From positions 1-29,887 of IMG/VR virus record IMGVR_UViG_3300044527_000530: a stretch of 29,887 nt of DNA. One strand, 5' to 3'. Under the pieces are notes generated by a model. That model was given only the letters and a program-made list of their open reading frames with translations. It did no database searches and was not told the DNA's origin. A program made the translations under genes and the position numbers. This DNA is from a virus (Duplodnaviria > Caudoviricetes). Of this stretch, positions 9,318 through 16,974 are shown piece by piece (position 1 is the first letter of the stretch; the number at the start of each line of letters is the position of its first letter).

Positions 9318-10231
9318 TCGTCGTCCCCGTACTCGGCCGGATAGCCCGGGATGTCGGCATCGACGTATCGCCCCGTCACGGAGTCGTAACGCAGGGAAGC
9401 CATGCCGATTCGGCCCAAGTGGCGGAACTTGACCTTCTGCACGTAGACGCGCGTCTCGGACGGTCGGCCGTCCTGCGCGGCTTTGGTATCGCGCCAGACG
9501 GTTATGCAGTTGTCCGGCTTGTTGAAGAAGTGCGCAGAGCCGGCGATGTCGTAGGGCGTCGGCACGGGCCGCTCGCCGGTTTGCCGGTCTGCCTGCAGTT
9601 TCGCGGGATGCGCGACGATGAAGAGATGCGCCCCGGTTCTGCGGGTGAGCGTGACCGCCATCGAGAGGCATTCGGAGATGTATTCCGTCTCGCTCATGTG
9701 CTGCGGCCGGCGATGCTCCAGACGGTTCCACGGATCGAAGATGACGCCCGGCTGCGTGTTGCCGTCGGCGCACCGCATGGCGAAGTCACGGGCGACGGTT
9801 ATCAGGTCGATAAAGTCGTCGTCGTCCTCGAACTCCGCAAACTCGACGCGGGCGCCGATGCCCTCGGCGTGGTTCATCTCGTGATCGATCTGCGCCTTCG
9901 ACATGCGACGACCGACGCCCTCGCGGAACCGATGGCCCAAGCGCCGCTCCAGCATCTCGGCAAGGTGCAGTTGGGTTGGTTCGTACTCGGGCGAGCAGAA
10001 AAGAAACCGCCACGGCTTTTCGTGGCGCATGGTCAGCAGGTTGACCGCGACGGCATCAACCCAGGACGATTTCCCATGGCCCGGGATGCCGGTGACCACC
10101 GTCACCTGGGCGGGAGCGATGGTCCAAAGACGGTCGATGCAATCCCACCCGGTCGAGGCGCCGGCCGACAGTCCGCGGGCGTACAGGTCGAGGAGCGGCT
10201 TCGTGAACCACGCGGCTTTTTGGACCTTCAT
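9314..10231 (-). CDS. SF4 replicative helicase ATPase domain (Twinkle/DnaB-C-like), 305 aa
   Basis: Walker A VTGIPGHGKS; VIFDPWN; IVAHPAK; YDIAGSAHF; VQKVKFR; ATGA-coupled start at 10231. Confidence 0.85.
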   Translation of the reverse strand: MKVQKAAWFTKPLLDLYARGLSAGASTGWDCIDRLWTIAPAQVTVVTGIPGHGKSSWVDAVAVNLLTMRHEKPWRFLFCSPEYEPTQLHLAEMLERRLGHRFREGVGRRMSKAQIDHEMNHAEGIGARVEFAEFEDDDDFIDLITVARDFAMRCADGNTQPGVIFDPWNRLEHRRPQHMSETEYISECLSMAVTLTRRTGAHLFIVAHPAKLQADRQTGERPVPTPYDIAGSAHFFNKPDNCITVWRDTKAAQDGRPSETRVYVQKVKFRHLGRIGMASLRYDSVTGRYVDADIPGYPAEYGDDE

Positions 10232-10578
10232 GCGCGTCGCTCCAGGCGTCGGCGCGCGGCGGATTCGGCGCGGAATTTTTCGGCAGATCGGCGCAGGATT
10301 CGCGCCCAGTTCTTCGAGTTTTTCAGCGAGCCGACCGACCCGATGATGGCGCGGCAAACCTCGGCAAAGTCCGCATCTCCGAGGGCTGCGCGCACCTCGT
10401 CGAAGTCGTCCTCGGGATGCGTCAGCACGTACTCGACAGCCCGCCGCAGAGGCGGAATCGACATGTCCGCAGGGTCAACGTCGAGGGCTTGCAGGGCTTC
10501 GGCAGAGTGCATGCCGATGGTGACGATGTGCCCTTGCGCCATGGTCCACAGGTCGAATTTCTCGGCGGAGTGGGTCAT
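10228..10578 (-). CDS. Helical protein, possibly a stand-alone DnaB N-terminal-like domain, 116 aa
   Basis: Coupled between initiator and helicase; the LDVDPADMSIPPLRRAVEYVL and KNWARILRR segments recall DnaB-N. Confidence 0.5.
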   Translation of the reverse strand: MTHSAEKFDLWTMAQGHIVTIGMHSAEALQALDVDPADMSIPPLRRAVEYVLTHPEDDFDEVRAALGDADFAEVCRAIIGSVGSLKNSKNWARILRRSAEKFRAESAARRRLERRA

Positions 10579-11375
10579 ACGAAAGCCCCCGAATCCGGGC
10601 GCGGCGGCACTCTCGGCGGTGCCTTTTCGTTGCGCACCCAGTTGCGCCAAGTCGCTGACCAATCAAGCTTTGTTGCGTCCGCGCCGGCCTTTGCGGTCCA
10701 GTAGTCGCGGAAGCGTTCGATGGTCTCCGGGATGTCCAGGTCCGGACGTTTCGCCCTAGCCCAAGCCGCGTCGATTTCGGACGGAACCCAACCAGGGTCT
10801 AGGCGTGCCCCACGGGCGCGCGCGGTCTCACCTCTTGAGGTTATCTCTCTCTCTCTGGTTACTGGTGTCTGGGTAGCCGTAACATCACGCGTGATGGGGT
10901 GTGACTCGTCACGTGACGCTGATGTGTGACCGTCACGTGATGTCACGCGTGACAGCATGTCTCTCAACTCGGACATGGAGGCGTCAAACGGGGGCGTCAC
11001 GCCGTGACTGCGAAGTTCGGAGAACAGTTCTTTGCGACGCTCGCGAGCAGCGCGCTGGCGCTCGCGCTCGTTGTGCCGCCTTGCCTCACGGTCGGGCTCG
11101 GATTCCAAGAACTTGGCGATCTCCTCGTCGGCCCGCTTCTGGTGGTATCCGTCGTCCTGCAGATTGAAGAACTCGCGCAGCACGTAGGCAACGGCATCGC
11201 GCTCGGCCTTTGATACGGCGCGGGCCAACTTGCAACACTCGCGCAGGTCCGTTGGCAGCGCTTTCTCTCGAACGTAGTACGCATCCAACAGACGACGATA
11301 GGCCGCGTCTTCCATCATTGAGAGATGCGCCGTATCTCGCATGTAGTCGCCGAGATGATGTTCGTAATAGTTCAC
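10575..11375 (-). CDS. Replication initiator, YdaU/DUF1376 family
   Basis: MNYYEHHLGDYMRDTAHLS...AYRRLLDAYY N-terminus; FRDYW...DWSATWRNW C-terminus; internal iterons. Confidence 0.88.
   Translation of the reverse strand: MNYYEHHLGDYMRDTAHLSMMEDAAYRRLLDAYYVREKALPTDLRECCKLARAVSKAERDAVAYVLREFFNLQDDGYHQKRADEEIAKFLESEPDREARRHNERERQRAARERRKELFSELRSHGVTPPFDASMSELRDMLSRVTSRDGHTSASRDESHPITRDVTATQTPVTREREITSRGETARARGARLDPGWVPSEIDAAWARAKRPDLDIPETIERFRDYWTAKAGADATKLDWSATWRNWVRNEKAPPRVPPRPDSGAFV
10883..11010. repeat. Iteron cluster, probable replication origin
   Basis: Palindromes CATCACGCGTGATG (10883-96), CGTCACGTGACG (10907-18), TCACGTGA (10933-40) and TGTCACGCGTGACA (10941-54), plus extra GTGAC/GTCAC half-sites, all inside the initiator gene. 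Confidence 0.75.
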
Positions 11376-11551
11376 GCGATCCCCTTTGCCCGTTCCTGCT
11401 TCATGACTTCCTGCGGCGTCCTACGCTTATGCAACGCCCTCACCGCCTCCATCGCAATCCGCGCTGTATCCAGATCGCCGTATTGCCCGCAGACGGCCTG
11501 AAGCACCGTCAATTCGTGGATAGCGGTTTCTAGTTGCTGGTCGCGGGTCAC
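11372..11551 (-). CDS. Hypothetical protein, 59 aa
   Basis: GTG start overlaps the cII stop; HKRRTPQEVMKQERAKGIA C-terminus. Confidence 0.7.
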   Translation of the reverse strand: MTRDQQLETAIHELTVLQAVCGQYGDLDTARIAMEAVRALHKRRTPQEVMKQERAKGIA

Positions 11552-11862
11552 TCGATATCCTCCTCCGGCACATCCTCGACCGAGCGCACCATCCGCCCGG
11601 CAATGTTGTTGCCGAGTACAAGCCAGTCCACGTATTCGGGCGGATAGCACCTGTGTGCCTTCGGCGTCGCCTTCAGTTCCAGCAGATCAAGAAGTGCCGC
11701 AATCCGGTCTATCTCGCCGTCCGACTTCCAGCGGGAGACCATCGTTTCGGACACGCCGAGCGCCGTTGCCACGTTGGCTTGCCCGACTGACGCAAGCCCG
11801 CGCAAGAGAGCGGATTTCGTCTTGCGGGCGGTATCGCTGGCTGCGACGTAGGATGCGGACAT
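11548..11862 (-). CDS. cII: CII-like transcriptional activator
   Basis: ARK..SALLRGLASVGQANVATALGVSETMVSRWK matches the lambda CII pattern; expected position. Confidence 0.85.
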   Translation of the reverse strand: MSASYVAASDTARKTKSALLRGLASVGQANVATALGVSETMVSRWKSDGEIDRIAALLDLLELKATPKAHRCYPPEYVDWLVLGNNIAGRMVRSVEDVPEEDIE

Positions 11863-11864
11863 GA

Positions 11865-12437
11865 CTAAGCAGCCCTCTCTAACGCCGTACCGCCCCACTG
11901 CTGTGCCATCGCCTGAGCGATGCCTGCATAGGTGCGGCTGCGTTCCTTCCACCGATCCACGCCAGGCGACATGCGATGAATCCGCGCTTCTCTACCGCTG
12001 ACAATGTCAGTCGGCTGCAACGGGGGAAGCCCCTTCAGCCACAGGCACGTGGCCTTCGTCTCACCGTGCCCAAATTGCCACGGCTGAATGATTTGATCCG
12101 GCTTGCGAATGGCCGTGCTGATCTTGCTAACTGGGTTCTCAATGCAGATACGGGGAATGGGCGCAGCCATGAGTGCGCGCACGAACTCCAGTGCTTCGGC
12201 CTGCTCCCGTTGCTTGTCCTTCCACCAGCGAGCGCCGGAGACGGCCAAGTGTGTGCAGGGCGGGTGCGCAATCATCAAGTCCCATCCCCATTGCGCAGCC
12301 GTCGCGGCATCCTCGCGAATGTGATTCGTCTGCCAGTCCTCTGCCGGCAGCAGATCGCACGACCAGGCGTCGTGACCCATTGCCCGGAACGCGCGCCGCA
12401 CAGTGCCGGAGAACTCACAGGCCACAAGCACGCGCAT
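11865..12437 (-). CDS. Short phage DNA cytosine-C5 methyltransferase-like protein, 190 aa
   Basis: MRVLVACEFSG (motif I variant), AHPPC (IV), IENP (VI), IQPWQFGH..K.TCLW and RSRTYAGIAQAMA. Confidence 0.85.
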   Translation of the reverse strand: MRVLVACEFSGTVRRAFRAMGHDAWSCDLLPAEDWQTNHIREDAATAAQWGWDLMIAHPPCTHLAVSGARWWKDKQREQAEALEFVRALMAAPIPRICIENPVSKISTAIRKPDQIIQPWQFGHGETKATCLWLKGLPPLQPTDIVSGREARIHRMSPGVDRWKERSRTYAGIAQAMAQQWGGTALERAA

Positions 12438-12451
12438 GTCACGCTCCCCGC

Positions 12452-12483
12452 AAAAAAGAGCCCCGCCCATCTCTGGGCGAGGC
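12452..12483 (-). terminator. Intrinsic terminator (tR1-like)
   Basis: Minus-strand RNA GCCUCGCCCA-GAGA-UGGGCGGGGC followed by UCUUUUUU. Confidence 0.75.
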
Positions 12484-12695
12484 GCAACCGCCACGGATGG
12501 CGGACGAGGGAGACGAGCACAACAAAAGGGCCGGTTGTGCGATACCGGGAAACGGTGCGCGCCCTGCCGGTGACGCGCCTTGGAACGCAGAGCAGTCACG
12601 CACTGCCGGGGATTGGTGAGAATGCCGCGGGCGCATACGCCCCGCAGCCCACACAGACGCGCTCTCCCGGCTTACGCGGCCCATGTGGAGGGTGT

Positions 12696-12884
12696 TCATT
12701 GAGCCCTCGGCTTACCGCGCCACAGACCGCCGACGATGCGCAAGCCCTTGTGCTGCATCTCGTCGTCCGTCATGCAGCGCCGATCCTTGCCAAAGTCACC
12801 CGTGCGGTGCTTGTCAAAGACGGAAGTGCGGGAGAAGTAACGTCCGCAGGCTGCGCATTGGCAGCGGTTGCCGGTGAGAGTCAT
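12696..12884 (-). CDS. Small Zn-binding protein (CxxC...FDKHR)
   Basis: CQCAACGRYFSRTSVFDKHR...RRC, a phage FDxHR-type motif. Confidence 0.8.
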   Translation of the reverse strand: MTLTGNRCQCAACGRYFSRTSVFDKHRTGDFGKDRRCMTDDEMQHKGLRIVGGLWRGKPRAQ

Positions 12885-13087
12885 GCAGCCTCCGACTGCT
12901 CACACAGGAACTCAGGCCACACGGCCAAGACCTTGCGCATCGTCTTGATGCCCGGGTCCTTGGTCTCTTCGCTAGCAATCTTGCGCAACGTGTGGAACGA
13001 CACGCCGCTGCGCTCCGACAAGTCGTGCAACGCAGGAGCGTCTTTCTTATGAGCCTTCAGCCAGGCGAGGCATGCGTCGATATCCAT
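12881..13087 (-). CDS. cro: Cro-like HTH repressor, 68 aa
   Basis: LHDLSERSGVSFHTLRKIASEETKDPGIKT; divergent from the repressor gene. Confidence 0.8.
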   Translation of the reverse strand: MDIDACLAWLKAHKKDAPALHDLSERSGVSFHTLRKIASEETKDPGIKTMRKVLAVWPEFLCEQSEAA

Positions 13088-13094
13088 GCCGGTC

Positions 13095-13153
13095 TTTTTA
13101 CCGGATGTGGTAATTCCTGTCAACCACACCCGGTAAATGACTGGTTTTATTCT
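13095..13153. promoter_or_regulatory. OR region: PR, PRM and operators TTACC-N6-GGT(AA/TG)
   Basis: Minus-strand TTGACA (13123-18), 17 bp, TAAAAA (13100-13095); operators at 13098-13113 and 13121-13136; plus-strand TATTCT (13148-53) 6 nt before the cI ATG. Confidence 0.85.
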
Positions 13154-13159
13154 TCAGGC

Positions 13160-13507
13160 ATGAAGAAAAGCGACTCTCACGACCCGGCAGACGTGCTGCA
13201 TGCCAACGTTGAAGCGTTGCTAGCGCATCACACAGGGAGAAAGCCTGACGGCTCCGTGGTCTGGCATCGTCTCGTCTCGCAATACCATATTGCGAACGGC
13301 ACGGCGCAACGAATCAAGGAATCGAACACCTCTATCGGCATCGACATGGTGGCCAAGGTGGCAAACGCATTCGGCTTAGAAGCGTGGCAACTGCTTGTCC
13401 CGGGGCTAGACCCTACTAATCTCCCGGTTTTTGCCATGACGGAGATTGAGCGCCGTTTGTATGCCAATCTTCGGTCGGCCGTGGATCAGATAAACGCAAC
13501 GAATTGA
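13160..13507 (+). CDS. cI: CI-like XRE repressor lacking an S24 peptidase domain, 115 aa
   Basis: IANGTAQRIKESNTSIGIDMVAKVANAFGLEAWQLLVP HTH; lies between OR and OL. Confidence 0.8.
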   Translation: MKKSDSHDPADVLHANVEALLAHHTGRKPDGSVVWHRLVSQYHIANGTAQRIKESNTSIGIDMVAKVANAFGLEAWQLLVPGLDPTNLPVFAMTEIERRLYANLRSAVDQINATN

Positions 13508-13902
13508 TGCGGTATTCCCTCTTGTGTCTGGCAGTGCTAGCCGGTTGCGCCAGTTCTGGCGACGCCAAGTATGAGCAGTTCCGCTCGAACGTCCTCAACG
13601 CCCCGCTCCCGCAGTCCGACGATGCCCGCCGCGCAGAGTGCGCCAACATCCGGGCCGAAATGGCCCGTGTGCGCGGCTGGGTAGCTGCTGGCGCGACGCA
13701 GCCCGGCATGTGGGGCGCCATCTACTACGCCGAAGGCCAAAAGACTCTAGCCGTGTGGGAGCAACGCGCGGCGGATATCCAGTGCTCGGCATCATTCAGT
13801 AATACCACCACCAAAGACCCTCTTACTCAGTGCATGGACATTTGCGAGAACCGCGCTCGCAAGCCTGCCGCTGAGTGCTTCCAGACCTGCACCCAAAAGT
13901 AG
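13507..13902 (+). CDS. Cys-rich lipoprotein co-transcribed with the repressor (candidate superinfection exclusion)
   Basis: Lipobox LAGC after a short signal peptide; TGATG coupling to cI. Confidence 0.75.
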   Translation: MRYSLLCLAVLAGCASSGDAKYEQFRSNVLNAPLPQSDDARRAECANIRAEMARVRGWVAAGATQPGMWGAIYYAEGQKTLAVWEQRAADIQCSASFSNTTTKDPLTQCMDICENRARKPAAECFQTCTQK

Positions 13903-13949
13903 CGTCTGCCGCCCGGGAATCCTTCCCGTCAAAAAAATTTCATCCTGAC

Positions 13950-13991
13950 TTACCGAATCCGGTTGACACGAATTACCGTTTCCGGTAACTT
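13950..13991 (+). promoter_or_regulatory. OL region: PL promoter with two operators
   Basis: TTGACA (13963-68), 17 bp, TAACTT (13986-91); operators TTACCGAATCCGGTTG (13950-65) and TTACCGTTTCCGGTAA (13973-88); upstream A-tract. Confidence 0.88.
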
Positions 13992-14038
13992 GTCATCCAT
14001 GCCGCACCCAACGCGGCGACAACCGAGGGAGTTCTCAA

Positions 14039-14248
14039 ATGTCTGCAGCACAAATCGCCCGCCGTGATTTCTCCGCCAAGACTCTGCGCGCACTTGCGAA
14101 GCGCGGCATTGAAGTGATCGGTGTGCAAGCGTTGCCGGGCGCAGGCGAAATGCCTTGGGCCAATCCGGACCGCGGTTACGTGGTGAGCGACAACGGCTGC
14201 GGCCGCGTGTGGACCTTCACGCAAGTTATGCAGGAGTCCGCGCAATGA
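14039..14248 (+). CDS. Hypothetical early protein
   Basis: GAGGGAG RBS; first gene after PL. Confidence 0.8.
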   Translation: MSAAQIARRDFSAKTLRALAKRGIEVIGVQALPGAGEMPWANPDRGYVVSDNGCGRVWTFTQVMQESAQ

Positions 14249-14565
14249 CCGCCTTCACCCGCGCCGAGCACGCCTACCTCGACCACGCCCAAACCCGCAT
14301 TGACCGCGCCTATGAGCGTGGCGAGCGGTTCGGCGACATCCTCGAAGAACTGCTGAACGATCCCGAGCAAGTCGAGGAGGCGCTGCTCGAGACTCCACGC
14401 GCCACGGAAATGGTCATCGCGATCCTGCAGTGCATCCCGTCCATCACGGACTCCCGCAGTGCCAACGTGGATGCACTGATTACGTTCTGCCGCGGACTGG
14501 AAGCCGCACTCGTTGAGCCGCTGATGGTTGTGGCGCAGAAGCGACTGGATCGGGAGGACATGTGA
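14245..14565 (+). CDS. Hypothetical acidic protein, 106 aa
   Basis: AGGAG RBS and ATGA overlap; starts MTAFTRAEH. Confidence 0.75.
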   Translation: MTAFTRAEHAYLDHAQTRIDRAYERGERFGDILEELLNDPEQVEEALLETPRATEMVIAILQCIPSITDSRSANVDALITFCRGLEAALVEPLMVVAQKRLDREDM

Positions 14566-14762
14566 ACACCTTCACCCAATACGACTTCCGCACTTCGTTT
14601 TGCCAGTGCGCCGAGGACAACCGCAGCCTGCACGCCTGGATGATGAACATCTACACCCGAGGCAGCCTGGATGCGCCCGAGTTCCTGCCGGCCGGCAGTC
14701 ACGTATGCAACCACGACGGGGAGCCCTATAGCCGCTTCGTCGATAGGAGGGATTACGCATGA
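14562..14762 (+). CDS. Hypothetical protein
   Basis: GGAGG RBS and GTGA overlap. Confidence 0.7.
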   Translation: MNTFTQYDFRTSFCQCAEDNRSLHAWMMNIYTRGSLDAPEFLPAGSHVCNHDGEPYSRFVDRRDYA

Positions 14763-14878
14763 CCCCCATCCCCCCGCCCCGCTTCTGGCCGTTTCGCCAG
14801 TCTGTACGCAACGGCGTGCTAGTGACGAACAAGCCGCCGAAGTTTGATCCGAATCAGTGTGAGAGGAACTTGCTATGA
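14759..14878 (+). CDS. Hypothetical 39-aa Pro-rich peptide (not in the ORF track)
   Basis: AGGAGG RBS; MTPIPPPRFWPFRQ...; ATGA overlaps at both ends. Confidence 0.65.
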   Translation: MTPIPPPRFWPFRQSVRNGVLVTNKPPKFDPNQCERNLL

Positions 14879-15078
14879 ACGCCCTGCGCTGGCTACTCCA
14901 CCTCGCCCGCTGCCACTACTACCGCTGGCAGGCCCGTGACGCGCTCGAATCGATTGAGTGCGCTCACTACTACGCCCGCCGCAACCGTGAGCGCCTGGCG
15001 CGTGCTACGGCCCGGGAACTCGAGGAGCAACACGCATGGGATCGGTGGCGCAAGCAGATGCGGGAGGCGACGGAATGA
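14875..15078 (+). CDS. Hypothetical protein
   Basis: GAGG RBS and coupled overlaps. Confidence 0.7.
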   Translation: MNALRWLLHLARCHYYRWQARDALESIECAHYYARRNRERLARATARELEEQHAWDRWRKQMREATE

Positions 15079-15371
15079 GCGGATTTACTAAGGGGCCGTG
15101 GACCACTGGAAACGTAGACAAGCTTTTAGTCGGCATAAAACGGCTTAATGGAACAGAGCCGATATGTTTTGTGTACGGCCCAAGCGATCACGATACATCC
15201 GAAGTCCGCAAGCGTGCGCTTGCCGATGCCATGTTGATAGCCGCTGCGCCTGATCTGTACGAAGCGTTGCGCGTTCTGCTTGATGCAGTCTTGGGCAACC
15301 ACGTAACTGTCGGCGACTGCAACGAAGCCCGCGCCGCACTCGCCAAGGCAGATGGCACATGCGCCGACTGA
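15075..15371 (+). CDS. Conserved phage hypothetical protein (TxGPW...LIAAAPDL family)
   Basis: FTKGPW...AMLIAAAPDLYEAL...ARAALAKA. Confidence 0.8.
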   Translation: MSGFTKGPWTTGNVDKLLVGIKRLNGTEPICFVYGPSDHDTSEVRKRALADAMLIAAAPDLYEALRVLLDAVLGNHVTVGDCNEARAALAKADGTCAD

Positions 15372-15471
15372 TGCTCGCCGAACGCTGGCGCTCCGAGAAT
15401 TCGTACTACTTTGGCTTGCACTGGCGTGCGGCTGTTGCAGTCGGTGCGCTGTATCTCATAGCGAGGATGCT

Positions 15472-16101
15472 TTGATTACCGTCACCGAATCGCAGCGCGA
15501 CGCGCAGTGGCTACAAGCCAGAGTCGGCATGCTGACCGCCTCGCGCGCTAGGGACATGCTCGCCGTTCGCAAGGATGGCAAGCCGTCCGAGGCCCGCTCG
15601 GGCTATGCGCTGGAGCTTGTCACGGAACGCTTGACCGGCCGCGCAACTGACCGCTTTACAACCGCCGCGATGCAGTGGGGCACGGAGCAGGAATACAGCG
15701 CCCGGAACACCTACGCGAACGTGCGCCGCGTGCATGTCGATGAAGTCGGGTTCGTGGCCCACGACACGCTCGCCGCAGGCTGCAGCCCGGACGGACTCAT
15801 AGACTGGGATGGACTCATCGAGATCAAGTGTCCATGGTCTAGCGCCGTGCATGTAGAAACGTGGCTGCACGGCATGCCGTCTGAGCATATGCCGCAGGTG
15901 CAGTTTCAGCTATGGATCACGGGCCGCGACTGGTGCGACTTCGTGAGTTACGACCCACGCATGCCGGAGACGCTGCGCCTGTACGTTGAGCGCATCGCCA
16001 AGGATGCCGAGTTTATCGAACGCATCGACCGCGAGGCGCGGACATTCCTTGCCGAAGTCGATGCAATGACCGTATCACTACAAAAGAGGGCCGCACAGTG
16101 A
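15472..16101 (+). CDS. YqaJ/lambda-exonuclease family protein
   Basis: QRDAQWLQARVGMLTAS, AMQWGTEQE, GCSPDG, IEIKCP and QVQFQLW motifs; TTG start after GAGG. Confidence 0.92.
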   Translation: MITVTESQRDAQWLQARVGMLTASRARDMLAVRKDGKPSEARSGYALELVTERLTGRATDRFTTAAMQWGTEQEYSARNTYANVRRVHVDEVGFVAHDTLAAGCSPDGLIDWDGLIEIKCPWSSAVHVETWLHGMPSEHMPQVQFQLWITGRDWCDFVSYDPRMPETLRLYVERIAKDAEFIERIDREARTFLAEVDAMTVSLQKRAAQ

Positions 16102-16811
16102 GCAACATCATCCCAGTTTCGGACATTCAATCCATGTCCCTTGCCATCGCCAAATCCGGTTTGTTCGGCGCCAAGACTCCCGAACAAGCCATGGCGCTGA
16201 TGCTCGTCGCCCAGGCCGAGGGCTTGCACCCGGCGAGCGCCGCGCGTGATTACGACATTATCCAAGGCCGCGCGTGCAAGAAGTCGGAGGCCATGCTGCG
16301 CGACTTCCTCGCCAGTGGCGGTTCCGTGAAATGGCACGCACTGAGCGACACGGAAGCCGCGGCGACGTTCTCGCACCCGCAGGGAGGCGCCGTCCGCATT
16401 GACTGGGACTTGAAGCGTGCCGCGACTGCCGGCCTGGGCGGGAAAGACATGTGGAAGAAGTACCCGCGCAACATGCTGCGCGCCCGCTGCGTCTCCGAGG
16501 GCGTGCGCACCGTCTGCCCGATGGCGACGGGTGGCATGTACACGCCAGAGGAGCGGCAGGACATGGGGCAGGAAGCGCCGCCCGTGGTCGAGGTGAAGGA
16601 CATGGGCGAGGCAGTCGTCGTGCCGTCGCTGGATGAAGTTGTCGCAGCTATCCGCGCGTGCAAGTCGCTGGATGCCCTCGAACTGCTGCGCCCGGAGATC
16701 CGCAAGCTGGAGGGAGACGACAAGAAAGTCGCGCTTGCCGAAGCGAAGGCGCAGGCCGATGCAATCAGGGCCGCGGCAGAAGAGCCGCAAGACGCGCCTG
16801 CAGAGGCGTGA
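16098..16811 (+). CDS. ssDNA-annealing recombinase (RecT/Red-beta-like)
   Basis: Adjacent to the exonuclease; GLHP...IIQGR and WKKYPRNMLRAR...GMYTPEE motifs. Confidence 0.8.
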   Translation: MSNIIPVSDIQSMSLAIAKSGLFGAKTPEQAMALMLVAQAEGLHPASAARDYDIIQGRACKKSEAMLRDFLASGGSVKWHALSDTEAAATFSHPQGGAVRIDWDLKRAATAGLGGKDMWKKYPRNMLRARCVSEGVRTVCPMATGGMYTPEERQDMGQEAPPVVEVKDMGEAVVVPSLDEVVAAIRACKSLDALELLRPEIRKLEGDDKKVALAEAKAQADAIRAAAEEPQDAPAEA

Positions 16812-16819
16812 CGATCAAC

Positions 16820-16960
16820 GGACGGGCGGCGTGGAAGGACACGCGAAATGCGAGCGGCACCCATACCGGGAAACCGGGTACAGCGTGACGGACACGGCTC
16901 AGGCTCTGAACAAGCTCGCGCACTCTCCGATAGCCGGTATCAAGCCCGGCCCCGTCCACC
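16820..16960 (+). ncRNA. tRNA-like structured RNA, copy 1
   Basis: 7-bp GGACGGG/CCCGUCC terminal stem followed by ACC; GCGUG/CACGC arm; GCGAGC/GCUCGC-closed multibranch insert; GCCGG-8nt-CCGGC arm abutting the 3' strand. Confidence 0.7.
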
Positions 16961-16974
16961 CAACAGGAGCAGAC

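Noticed and set aside
10883-11010. CRISPR-like or transposon repeats
   Set aside because: Short irregular palindromes inside the initiator gene fit iterons; there are no spacers, cas genes or transposase.
11760-11790. Lambda-type CII site TTGC-N6-TTGC
   Set aside because: The TTGC pair here is spaced by 9 nt; no convincing PRE was found.
12508-12668. Third copy of the tRNA-like RNA
   Set aside because: Partial terminal pairing exists, but there is no GCCGG/CCGGC arm adjacent to a 7-bp stem on either strand.
12439-12699. 86-aa minus-strand ORF as a protein gene
   Set aside because: It is coupled by ATGA but has low-complexity composition and runs through an intrinsic terminator. Left uncalled; it could be a leader peptide.
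9419-13052. Long plus-strand ORFs (9419-10759, 11976-13052) and similar ones at 4410-5264 and 22433-23503
   Set aside because: These are antisense shadows of well-supported genes in GC-rich DNA, with no motifs or RBS.
13914-13940. Hairpin CGGGAA/TTCCCG as a terminator
   Set aside because: It is followed by an A-tract rather than a U-tract on the plus strand and has the wrong geometry for the minus strand; the A-tract may be a PL upstream element.
16820-16960. Canonical tRNA, intron-containing tRNA or tmRNA call for the structured RNAs
   Set aside because: No TTCRA T-loop, no anticodon arm, no encoded CCA, and too short for tmRNA.
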